Source: Candidatus Hermodarchaeota archaeon
GTDB lineage: Archaea; Asgardarchaeota; Lokiarchaeia; Sigyniarchaeales; SOKP01
Direction of reading: 5' to 3'
Length of the DNA: 16,130 nucleotides
NCBI GenBank assembly: GCA_048885925.1
Contig: JBHLLG010000061.1
Span: 1-16,130, forward strand
Shown: piece by piece, positions 1-8,177 of the stretch
Numbering within the stretch: the first letter of the stretch is position 1
Layout of the letters: every line of letters starts with the position of its first letter
Notes under the pieces: generated by a model
Seen by the model: the letters and a program-made list of their open reading frames with translations, nothing else
The model's database searches: none
What the model was told of the DNA's origin: nothing
Position numbers and translations under genes: made by a program

Positions 1-114
1 AAAGATGATGATGAAGGAGGGTTTTTTCCATTTCCTTTTATATTTAAACCTCCTGGAGGAGGGGGCGGAGGTCGTTTAAAAGAAGGAGCGATAGTTGTCC
101 CTATAAGGGCATAA
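1..114 (+). CDS. 3' end of an upstream gene (partial) with an acidic/Pro/Gly-rich C-terminal tail
   Basis: Frame 1 is open from base 1 and reads KDDDEGGFFPFPFIFKPPGGGGGGRLKEGAIVVPIRA, ending at TAA 112-114; it is more GC-rich than the intergenic DNA that follows. Confidence 0.85.
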   Translation, partial: KDDDEGGFFPFPFIFKPPGGGGGGRLKEGAIVVPIRA

Positions 115-232
115 TCTAAAAATCTTTCCAATTAATTTTTAAATTCTTGTAGATTATCTAGGATTTTCTAAATGATTTTTTATATAAAGGAGAAATATAT
201 ATAATAATTCATATTTTAATTAGGAATTAAAA

Positions 233-2314
233 ATGTTAAAATCATTTAAGCAATTTATTCCTGTACTCATAGTTCTTTTGAGTTTGATGTTTGTTTGTAA
301 TTCTCTCTTTAGTTTTCCTATTAATAATTACGCCAGAATTAATGCCGATAAACAAAGTAATGATTCTAAAGTACAGATAGAAACGAGTATCCTCCCAATT
401 CAGATAAAGAATGACACTGTTAATGTGAATGAAACATGGAGTGGCAATATCCTTGTAACGAGAAGCATTGTTGTCTCAAAGGGAGCAACACTTACAATTT
501 TACCTAACACAGTTGTTAAATTTAAACATTATAGGGGATATAAAAATCCTGAAGCGAGGTTAAGCTTATTTATAGAAGGGACCATAAAAGCACAAGGAGC
601 AGCAGATCAGCAGATTTGGTTTACTTCTGACGCGGAACCACCAATTAATGGGGATTGGGATGGAATCTATATGAACGGTACCACCGATTCTGTATTTAAT
701 TATACTATTGTGGAATATGGGCTTGTAGGAATTGTTCAATTTTACTCAGAATCAACTATTGCTAATTCAATAGTTAGATGGGTAAATACAGAAGGATATT
801 ATGCTGAATATTCTAAGGTGGATTATGTAAATAATACATTATATGGGAATGGATATCACGAGATTGCTTTAGAACAGTTCAACAATGCTACTGTTGAAAC
901 GAGTATATTTAAAAATGGAAGGGTTGCCTTTCATTCAGAGAATTCTGAGGTTTATCTTAAAGGAAATTACATTGTTAATTATAGTGGTGATATTATTTCA
1001 ATTGCGGCTCACACAAATGCAACTATAGAGGAGAATATTTTTGATCCAACATTGCCTTATCCACGAGTTACAGTAACTCCAAATTCAAATGCAACTCTAA
1101 TTAATAATATTAATGGAACGGTGGGTCCTGTATTTGATTATCAAGATCTAAGAAATTTTACGCTGGGTTATATTCCAGGTGATCCCTCAGATCAATATCC
1201 TTATGTATATGATTTAATTGATGAAACAAGAAGAGTTGTAAAAAGAATTGGATTAGGATTGAGTTTTGGGTGGGCATTAGAATATGCAATGGGTTATCTT
1301 TGGCGATTTGATTTTTGGAATACATCAATAGGAAGTGCCGAAAACTTCATAAGAATGGATCCTACTACAGGGCAATATACTGAAATCGAAAATAATGTTA
1401 TTGAAAATGGACGGGGTTTAGCTTGGGATGGTGAGTATTTTTTTGGGTATGATCATAGTCAGCTTAAAATTTTCAAGTTTTCTATATCCGGAAATTCGAT
1501 AGTAGTAAGTGATTCATTTGATCTTCCAAAAAAGGAAGAAGGTGGAATTCAAGGAATGACTTCTGATGGAAATTTTCTTTATATTCCTAGTAGGGGTGGA
1601 GCTTTAGTGAGGAAGATAAACAAAACAGGGGCAATTATAGAAGAGATTGATATTCCCGGAGAAGGTATTAGTGGAGGTTTAGTGTGGACAGGCTCACATT
1701 TCTGGGGAGTTAGTGGTGGAGGAAATCTAACTAAATATACTCATGATTGGCAAGTTGTAGGGCAAATTTATCCTGTAGCTGATGGGACTTGGGCAATTGC
1801 GTGGGATGGAGATTATATTTGGGCACTTCAGAGAACATGTGAAAGTTGGGAAGATGCCAAAATGTTCCAAATTGAGCCTTTAATCTCAACAATCACTAAT
1901 TATTTAGTAATTAAGGATGATACCAATTACACTATTGTTGTTAAATCTAATTCCTCTGATTATGGTCTTCGGTTTAATGAATCTCGAAGTGAAATTAGCT
2001 TTGAAATTTATGGGAGGGCTGGAACCACGGGATACTGTGATGTTTTAATTCCTAAAGCAGTTTTACCCGGTCCTTTCGCAGTGTCGATTGATGGGATCCC
2101 AATTACTTTTATTTTGAGTGAATCTGAAACAGACTTTTTGATTCATTTCGAATATGAGCATAGCTATCATGAAATCAAAATTTTCTTGGAGATCAAATCC
2201 AAAAAACCGATTATCTCATGGATAAATATTTTGCCTTTAACATTAATTGTCATTTTGCTACTGAGTATTTGGGTACTCAAAGTAGCAAAAATTAAAACTT
2301 CTTTTTATCAATAA
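233..2314 (+). CDS. Secreted, C-terminally anchored surface protein: right-handed beta-helix + beta-propeller + beta-sandwich-like domain + TM helix
   Basis: Signal peptide; pectin-lyase-like start (WSGNILV..IVVSKGATLTILPNTVVKF..FTSD..GDWDGI); five propeller-blade motifs (ALEYAMGYLW, GLAWDGEYFF, GMTSDGNFLY, GLVWTGSHFW, AIAWDGDYIW); C-terminal hydrophobic helix with basic tail; many N-x-S/T sequons. Confidence 0.8.
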   Translation: MLKSFKQFIPVLIVLLSLMFVCNSLFSFPINNYARINADKQSNDSKVQIETSILPIQIKNDTVNVNETWSGNILVTRSIVVSKGATLTILPNTVVKFKHYRGYKNPEARLSLFIEGTIKAQGAADQQIWFTSDAEPPINGDWDGIYMNGTTDSVFNYTIVEYGLVGIVQFYSESTIANSIVRWVNTEGYYAEYSKVDYVNNTLYGNGYHEIALEQFNNATVETSIFKNGRVAFHSENSEVYLKGNYIVNYSGDIISIAAHTNATIEENIFDPTLPYPRVTVTPNSNATLINNINGTVGPVFDYQDLRNFTLGYIPGDPSDQYPYVYDLIDETRRVVKRIGLGLSFGWALEYAMGYLWRFDFWNTSIGSAENFIRMDPTTGQYTEIENNVIENGRGLAWDGEYFFGYDHSQLKIFKFSISGNSIVVSDSFDLPKKEEGGIQGMTSDGNFLYIPSRGGALVRKINKTGAIIEEIDIPGEGISGGLVWTGSHFWGVSGGGNLTKYTHDWQVVGQIYPVADGTWAIAWDGDYIWALQRTCESWEDAKMFQIEPLISTITNYLVIKDDTNYTIVVKSNSSDYGLRFNESRSEISFEIYGRAGTTGYCDVLIPKAVLPGPFAVSIDGIPITFILSESETDFLIHFEYEHSYHEIKIFLEIKSKKPIISWINILPLTLIVILLLSIWVLKVAKIKTSFYQ

Positions 2315-2458
2315 GTCATAATTTTAGTATAAGGATATGAAACATGTTCTTCATTCAAGGTATTGTATTGAATAAAAAATGGTCTATAGAAAGATTATAA
2401 TTTGATTTAGTGAGAATAATCATTATAGAATACAAATTAACTTTATTTCACTATACTC

Positions 2459-2617
2459 ATGAAGAAAATTGATTTAATTATAATTGGATATTTAGCTACG
2501 CTTATTTTAGATTTTATTTTTCTTATGATAGTGCAGAGGTTTGATATATTATTAATTTCTGGCTCATTAGCTCTAATTCCATTAATAATAACATTGATTC
2601 AAAGGAGGAGGGCTTGA
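2459..2617 (+). CDS. 52-aa two-TM ORF; possibly the frameshifted N-terminus of the 2619 gene
   Basis: Manual translation from ATG 2459: MKKIDLIIIGYLATLILDFIFLMIVQRFDILLISGSLALIPLIITLIQRRRA, TGA 2615-2617, ending 1 nt before ATG 2619. Confidence 0.65.
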   Translation: MKKIDLIIIGYLATLILDFIFLMIVQRFDILLISGSLALIPLIITLIQRRRA

Positions 2618-2618
2618 A

Positions 2619-3155
2619 ATGGTTGGCATTATTTATTTTTATATCAATCTTGTAATTAGTATTTATATTTTAATAGCAGTTTATTATTATTGTATTAAAA
2701 CATATGGAATAAGGACAACTATAATCACAAATTTATGTCTTTCATCATTAGTTTTAACACTTATCTTCACGGGAACATACTCAGTTGCAGATTTAGGAAC
2801 TGATCTGAAAATAGCTGATTTCGTATTCTTGATTAACGATACAGTTACAATATTTACGGTATTTATTGTTATTTTCGAACTAGCGCGTTTTTCTTTCAAA
2901 AAATCAAAAGGTACTGATTTATCTATAAAGGACATTGTTATTATATCTGTTGTAGTTAGTTTATATGGAATTAGTTTTCAGCTCTTAATGGATCCAACAG
3001 CAGCGGCTATGGGACTTTATTATTATCGGAATCCTCCTATGATTAATATTTTCGGATATCCAATATGGTTTATAACTTCATTTGCTATATATGGCTTATA
3101 TGCGTTTATTTTTTTACTAATTGAACGTTATTATTTCCAAAAAAGTGCTAAGTAA
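2619..3155 (+). CDS. Integral membrane protein, CruF/carotenoid-biosynthesis-protein-like (Caroten_synth, PF04240)
   Basis: Multiple TM helices; motifs KTYGIR, LLMDPTAAAMGLYYY and IFGYPIWF resemble the family pattern D-x2-LDP...GYWxW...FGVP. Recognised by eye and divergent. Confidence 0.55.
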   Translation: MVGIIYFYINLVISIYILIAVYYYCIKTYGIRTTIITNLCLSSLVLTLIFTGTYSVADLGTDLKIADFVFLINDTVTIFTVFIVIFELARFSFKKSKGTDLSIKDIVIISVVVSLYGISFQLLMDPTAAAMGLYYYRNPPMINIFGYPIWFITSFAIYGLYAFIFLLIERYYFQKSAK

Positions 3156-3156
3156 T

Positions 3157-3753
3157 ATGGGATTTAAAGAGTACTCATTTAAAAAAAATCTAAGATATTT
3201 AAGATATTGCTTTCACAAACCACGATTATTAATAAGGGAAGCAATTTCTGAATCAAATCTGTTTTCTTATATTATCTTACCGTTCATTCTTTTTACTTTA
3301 GGATATGAAATTCTTTATATTAGAGGATTTATATTGAATGAACCTTTACTTCCATTACCAAAAATCTTTCCACTCTCAGATTCGCAATATCGCTTATTAG
3401 AGATTTTTATCTTTCCTTTAGTACATCTAAGCTGTTTTACTATATCAATGCTAATAATTTTAGTTTTTTCTAAAATCTATGAAAGTGATAGGATAGACGC
3501 TGTAAAAATTACATATTTCTTTGTGCTTGTAGGTAATACGGTTGGATTAATAGCTTTAATAATTGACATAATTGGGATTATTATTCCATGGGAATATTGG
3601 ATATTTATTCATCCAATTTCTGCAATAATCTATGGAATATACCTGGTTTACTTTATTCAAGAAGTTTCAGGAATTAAAAAAGTTAAAGCTTGTTTAATTA
3701 CAATTTTTAGTTTAATTGCTTTTTTTTCTTTTCGAATGTTATTTATTCGTTAA
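3157..3753 (+). CDS. Five-TM membrane protein, Yip1-domain-like
   Basis: ATG 3157 lies 1 nt after the previous stop and is preferred over the overlapping TTG 3121. N-terminal FHKPRLLIREA and late GIYLVYFIQEVSGIKKVKACLI fit Yip1-like topology. Confidence 0.55.
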   Translation: MGFKEYSFKKNLRYLRYCFHKPRLLIREAISESNLFSYIILPFILFTLGYEILYIRGFILNEPLLPLPKIFPLSDSQYRLLEIFIFPLVHLSCFTISMLIILVFSKIYESDRIDAVKITYFFVLVGNTVGLIALIIDIIGIIIPWEYWIFIHPISAIIYGIYLVYFIQEVSGIKKVKACLITIFSLIAFFSFRMLFIR

Positions 3754-3927
3754 TAAAAACGGAGCTACTAAATAAATTAGTGAGATGATATTAACTAGAG
3801 AGATTTTAAAATCAAATTAGTATCAATCCCTTCTCTATGTCTTTCTACTCATATAGAGTAAATATATAAGAAATTAGGTAAATTGTAAAGGTAAAAAAAA
3901 ATAACTAGAACTAGTAAAAAAATTATT

Positions 3928-3943
3928 CGCAAAGCTTTATAAA
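3928..3943 (+). promoter_or_regulatory. Putative BRE + TATA box upstream of the Lrp/AsnC gene
   Basis: CGCAAAG-C-TTTATAAA matches the archaeal BRE/TATA arrangement; about 110 nt before the ATG, in an AT-rich background. Confidence 0.45.
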
Positions 3944-4052
3944 AGAACTGCTGAAAAAACTATAATTTAGAGGGGAAAGATTAAAATTATATTAATTGAA
4001 GTAATGACTTATAACAAATTATTTTATTATTTACTCTTTGTTTTTGAAAAAT

Positions 4053-4964
4053 ATGGATGAAATAGACATAGAAATCATTAAATTACTTATAATCAACTCA
4101 CGGTTATCCTATAGAGAAATTTCAGATTATTTGGGATTATCTGTCAACGCTATATATAGACGGATCCAGATTCTGATAGATTTAGATATTATCCAAAAGT
4201 TTACCGCAAAAATTAATCCAAATGCGGTTAATGCGATTTATACGTTTATTTTTGGCGTAACAAGAGCTCAGAATTTGAATGAGATGACTTCAAAATTAGG
4301 AGACCATAAAAATACATATAATATAATGTTATCAAGTAGGAATCATATCTATGTGGGAGCACTTCTTCAAAATATTCATGAATTAGATGAATATTCTTCA
4401 TTCGTATCACAAACTGCTGAAATAAAATCACCGACAATTGGATTATTACACGGTGTATTTTATTCATCTCCATTAAACTATAAAAATCCTATTTCTAGTA
4501 GTACAAATTTAGATAAATTAGATTTAGAAATAATACGTTCACTAAAAAATGATTCACGAAAACCTATTGCTGAAGTTGCAGAAGATGTAAATAGCACCTC
4601 AAAAACAATTCGCCGAAGGTTATCTCGAATGATTGATGAAGGTTTGATTCGTTTAACTATTGATTTTAACCCTTTTTCTTCTGATTATATTTTTGCTTTA
4701 CTTCATATAAATTTAAAGTCTGGAGTAAATAAAGAGGAGGTTGCTAATTCTCTTATTACAGAATATAAACCTTTCATTTTTTTTTGTTGGACGTTTAGTA
4801 ATATTCCTAATTATCTATTATGCTATACTTGGAGTAAAACTACAAATGATTTTAATGAACTGATAAAAAAAGTGAAAAAAGACGAAATAGAATCAGTAAC
4901 AGCAGATGTTCTTTTCAAGGAACTCTATTTTGAGACTTGGAGAGAGAAAATATTAATTGGATAA
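4053..4964 (+). CDS. Tandem (two-module) Lrp/AsnC-family winged-helix transcriptional regulator
   Basis: Two AsnC-type HTH modules (MDEIDIEIIKLL..NSRLSYREISDYLGLS..AIYRRI and LDKLDLEIIRSL..DSRKPIAEVAEDV..TIRRRL), each followed by a RAM-like region. ATG 4053 is preferred to TTG 4038. Confidence 0.9.
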   Translation: MDEIDIEIIKLLIINSRLSYREISDYLGLSVNAIYRRIQILIDLDIIQKFTAKINPNAVNAIYTFIFGVTRAQNLNEMTSKLGDHKNTYNIMLSSRNHIYVGALLQNIHELDEYSSFVSQTAEIKSPTIGLLHGVFYSSPLNYKNPISSSTNLDKLDLEIIRSLKNDSRKPIAEVAEDVNSTSKTIRRRLSRMIDEGLIRLTIDFNPFSSDYIFALLHINLKSGVNKEEVANSLITEYKPFIFFCWTFSNIPNYLLCYTWSKTTNDFNELIKKVKKDEIESVTADVLFKELYFETWREKILIG

Positions 4965-4968
4965 TATA

Positions 4969-4991
4969 GTTTTAATTTTTAAAAAAAAAAT
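4969..4991. terminator. Probable bidirectional oligo-T terminator between convergent genes
   Basis: T-tracts (GTTTTAATTTTT) directly followed by an A10 tract in the 40-nt gap between two convergent stops. Confidence 0.45.
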
Positions 4992-5004
4992 AATAAATAT
5001 TTAA

Positions 5005-5346
5005 TTATTTTTGATTTGTAAGAGTTTTATACTTCAGATACAATCCTGAAGTCTTAAATTTTCTTGCAAGATATTTTTGTAATTTCATCAAAAGGAAAAA
5101 ACCAATAAATGCTAAGCTGAATAAGCTAATTGTGCTAAAAGGCGCAAAAGTGCATGTTGAATAATAGCCTAAATAACTTACTTTAGATACTTCCCAACCA
5201 AAAGCTTCTGCAGGGATTAAAGTCCAAATGCCAGCAACAATAGGCCCAAATGACAATGCAATAACAAATGTAATATAAAGTATAATTAGAAATAACATTA
5301 TTGACTTTTTCAACAAATTTATCGATGAGATTCTCTTATTTTGCAA
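5005..5346 (-). CDS. Small two-TM membrane protein with loop motif SKVSYLGYYSTCTFAPFST
   Basis: 113 aa; TTG start preceded by GGAGGTGA at 6-nt spacing; two hydrophobic helices; 21 nt downstream of the flavodoxin gene. Confidence 0.8.
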   Translation of the reverse strand: MQNKRISSINLLKKSIMLFLIILYITFVIALSFGPIVAGIWTLIPAEAFGWEVSKVSYLGYYSTCTFAPFSTISLFSLAFIGFFLLMKLQKYLARKFKTSGLYLKYKTLTNQK

Positions 5347-5352
5347 ATTTAT

Positions 5353-5360
5353 TCACCTCC
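5353..5360 (-). promoter_or_regulatory. Shine-Dalgarno GGAGGTGA
   Basis: Plus strand reads TCACCTCC; full match to the archaeal anti-SD, 6 nt before TTG 5346. Confidence 0.8.
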
Positions 5361-5367
5361 TTTTAGT

Positions 5368-5874
5368 TTATTTTAGAATTAAAATTTGCTTATTCACTTT
5401 TTCAGCAATAGCTAATCCAGATTCTTCCATTATTTTCAATGTGTTTTCTACTAAAGGACCTTCCTTTCCAACAACGATAGCAGTGATTATAGGGTAACAT
5501 ACTTCAATTTTCATAAATTTTAAAAATTTCAAAATTTTCTTTGCGGCTGATCCTGATAATGGAAAAGATGCTTTAGTTTCAAAGGCGAATCCCTTTTTAT
5601 CTTTTAATTTAATGTGCTTTATTTTAGATAAAAAAAGTTTCATAGCTTTTGATAAACCGCGCATGTGTGTCGGACCTCCAATACCAATTATATCATAATT
5701 TTTGATTTCAGTTGTATCAAATTCCTGAATGGTACTGGAATCAACTTGAAGTCCTCCCGCTTCTAATCCTCGAATTAATGACATTGCTACTTTTTTTGTA
5801 TTTCCAAATACTGAGTCATAGAGTATTATGACACTTTGCATCTCTTGAGTTTCTTTCAAATTTTTTTCATTCAA
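5368..5874 (-). CDS. Flavodoxin-domain protein
   Basis: FMN phosphate loop YDSVFGNTKKVA, YDIIGIGGPTH and GFAFET; TTG 5874 has GGTGA 6 nt upstream (alternative ATG at 5841). Confidence 0.9.
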   Translation of the reverse strand: MNEKNLKETQEMQSVIILYDSVFGNTKKVAMSLIRGLEAGGLQVDSSTIQEFDTTEIKNYDIIGIGGPTHMRGLSKAMKLFLSKIKHIKLKDKKGFAFETKASFPLSGSAAKKILKFLKFMKIEVCYPIITAIVVGKEGPLVENTLKIMEESGLAIAEKVNKQILILK

Positions 5875-6181
5875 TAATTTTCACCAATTTCATTTATTAT
5901 TTTCTACTAATTTAGAAAGTAGGAACCTGATATAATTCCATGTTTAAGCAAGTTGAGACAGATGATTTATTATCACTATAAAGTATGAGACTTCTGTACA
6001 GCATTTAGTTGATAAATAAACTCTTTGTGGTATTCAACTTTTCATCTTTTTGTGGAGAAATGGATCATGATTATTGATGAAAATGAACTTTTAATCCTAA
6101 TATGCTGAAACAATAATATAAATGATTTTGGTAGATTCTGTAAAATAATGAAAATAATTAAAAAAATTAATATCAACTCAG

Positions 6182-6979
6182 GTGATAATAATTAGAATTT
6201 TAAGTATTATAAGCAGTGGTAGGAAAAATGGGCACTCTTCAAAAATTGTTTCATTGTTGGAAGAAGAGCTCAAGCAAATTTCGGTGCAAAATAATGATTG
6301 CATTCACTTCGAAACAATTTTCTTAACAGATTATGTAATAGAACATTGTAGAGGGTGCCGTGCTTGTATGGATTACGGAGAGGATGCATGTCCCATAAAA
6401 GATGATATCCCTGCAATAAAAACTAAGATGAAAGAATTTGATGCGGTTATCTTTGCAAGTCCAGTATATGTTGGTGATGTAAGTTCTGTTATGAAAGCAT
6501 TAATCGATCGATTAGCATATATCTGTCATAGACAAGAATTTTATGATAAATGTGCTATAATAGTTGCTACTACAAATGTAACTAGTTTAAAACGTACTAT
6601 CCGCACAATTGGCGCTGCTACATATAGTTGGGGATTTAAAGTAATCGAAACTAAAGGATTTAAGACTGATACTTCAAATGATTCAATAGAAATTTTACAG
6701 CTAAAATATCTAAATAAGATTACAAAACTTGCAAGAAAGTTATATTCGGAAGTAAAAGAGAAATCCTATCTTAATCCATCTGCCTTAGCTATTGCTACAT
6801 TTAAAATACAACAAAAATTTCGAAGTAATCAAGAATTATCAAGCCTTATTGATTATAATTATTGGAAAAAACATGGATGGACGGATTCGAAAAGAAAATA
6901 TTACATTGAAATAAAAGTTAGTTTTCGGAAAAAGATTATTTCAAGTATATTATGTTGTCTTTTTTCAGTTTTTTTGTAA
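6182..6979 (+). CDS. Flavodoxin-fold FMN reductase / iron-sulfur flavoprotein-like protein
   Basis: SSGRKNGHS FMN loop; CRGCRAC-x7-C (CX2CX2CX7C); AVIFASPVY..VSSVMKALIDR; C-terminal extension DYNYWKKHGW. The true start may be 6191 (see findings). Confidence 0.9.
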   Translation: MIIIRILSIISSGRKNGHSSKIVSLLEEELKQISVQNNDCIHFETIFLTDYVIEHCRGCRACMDYGEDACPIKDDIPAIKTKMKEFDAVIFASPVYVGDVSSVMKALIDRLAYICHRQEFYDKCAIIVATTNVTSLKRTIRTIGAATYSWGFKVIETKGFKTDTSNDSIEILQLKYLNKITKLARKLYSEVKEKSYLNPSALAIATFKIQQKFRSNQELSSLIDYNYWKKHGWTDSKRKYYIEIKVSFRKKIISSILCCLFSVFL

Positions 6980-7135
6980 ATTAATGAAAATAGTTTGGTT
7001 GTTGCTGATATTGGTGTTCCATCAAATTCTAACAATAAAGTTTTTTGAATAGTATAATAAATTAGTTTTTATAAAATCCTAAAATTAAAAATTGATTATG
7101 AGTTTTAAATTTAAAAATAATGCTATAGCAGAATT

Positions 7136-7984
7136 ATGAAATTATTATACGTAACTGATATACACGGGATAGAGTGGAAATACAACAAAGTATACCAGAT
7201 AGCAAGTTCATTACAAGTGGATGTAGTAATAAACGGTGGCGACATGCTTCCCTTTAAAGGAAATTTATTACATCAAGATAAGTTTATTACTGGATTTCTG
7301 GATGAATATTTTTCGAGATTTGAATCAGATAAGATATTTTATTTAGGCATGTTAGGAAATGACGATTTAAAAATATTTGATGCTTTATATCAGAAGACTT
7401 GCGATAAATATTCTTATGCAATTAATATTGCTCAAATGAGATTCCAGATTGATGATAGTAAGTATGAGTTTATAGGGATGAATTGGATTTCGGATTTACC
7501 TTTTGGGCTAAAAGATCGGGCGCGCAAAGATACTGCAGATTTTATACATCCAAAACAATTTGGGAAACAATATCTTTCTACTCCAAATGGATTCAAGAGA
7601 CTTGAAGATTGGCTTTCATATGTGGAGACTCTTCCTACAATCGAAGAGGAGATAAGAAATTTAGTAAAACCTTCTGATATGAACAATACAATCTATATTT
7701 TTCATAATCCTCCTGCAAATTTAGATCTTGATGTGACTTATGCTGGTTTAAGAGTAGGATCAAGAGTAGAATATGCCTTTCTTAAAAAGAATCAACCAAA
7801 ACTCTCTCTTCACGGACATATTCACGAATCTCCTGATGTCTCGGGTAAATGGTATTCACTAGTAGGTAATACAATATGTATTCAGCCGGGACAATCGGGA
7901 CAAGATGATGATTCTTTAATCTATGTTTTGATTGACTTAGAAACCATGAATATAGAACGAAAAATAGTAAAAAGAGACAATTAA
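7136..7984 (+). CDS. Calcineurin-like metallophosphoesterase (Icc-related)
   Basis: Motifs TDIHG, GGDM, LGNDD, FHNPP and HGHIHE in canonical order. Confidence 0.92.
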   Translation: MKLLYVTDIHGIEWKYNKVYQIASSLQVDVVINGGDMLPFKGNLLHQDKFITGFLDEYFSRFESDKIFYLGMLGNDDLKIFDALYQKTCDKYSYAINIAQMRFQIDDSKYEFIGMNWISDLPFGLKDRARKDTADFIHPKQFGKQYLSTPNGFKRLEDWLSYVETLPTIEEEIRNLVKPSDMNNTIYIFHNPPANLDLDVTYAGLRVGSRVEYAFLKKNQPKLSLHGHIHESPDVSGKWYSLVGNTICIQPGQSGQDDDSLIYVLIDLETMNIERKIVKRDN

Positions 7985-8177
7985 TTATATTAGTAAAAGA
8001 AATCAAAAATAACAATCTGTATCTTCATTTAATGAAATCTCATTTGATAGAGAAAATAAAATTAATGAGATTAAATAACATATCCAAATATTTAGTTTAA
8101 ATTCTTAAAAAATCATTAAATTTTTAAATCTAATCATTTTGATAGATATCTGTTAATTAGATTAAGACGGATTTATC

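Noticed and set aside
2615-2617. TGA as selenocysteine
   Set aside because: Readthrough adds only 13 codons with no redox motif, and the coding signal continues in the +1 frame.
3802-3860. Short dyads GATTTTAAAATC and TACTC-N5-GAGTA
   Set aside because: Arms of 5-6 bp are expected by chance at this AT content.
4004-4060. 18-aa Tyr/Phe/Leu-rich uORF (MTYNKLFYYLLFVFEKYG) overlapping the Lrp start, as a leader peptide
   Set aside because: These residues are expected from AT-rich codons, and no alternative attenuator stems were seen.
6984-7052. 22-aa hydrophobic ORF MKIVWLLLILVFHQILTIKFFE
   Set aside because: Too short to support, no SD, and it overlaps the frame with the YjeF_N-like motif; not strictly excluded.
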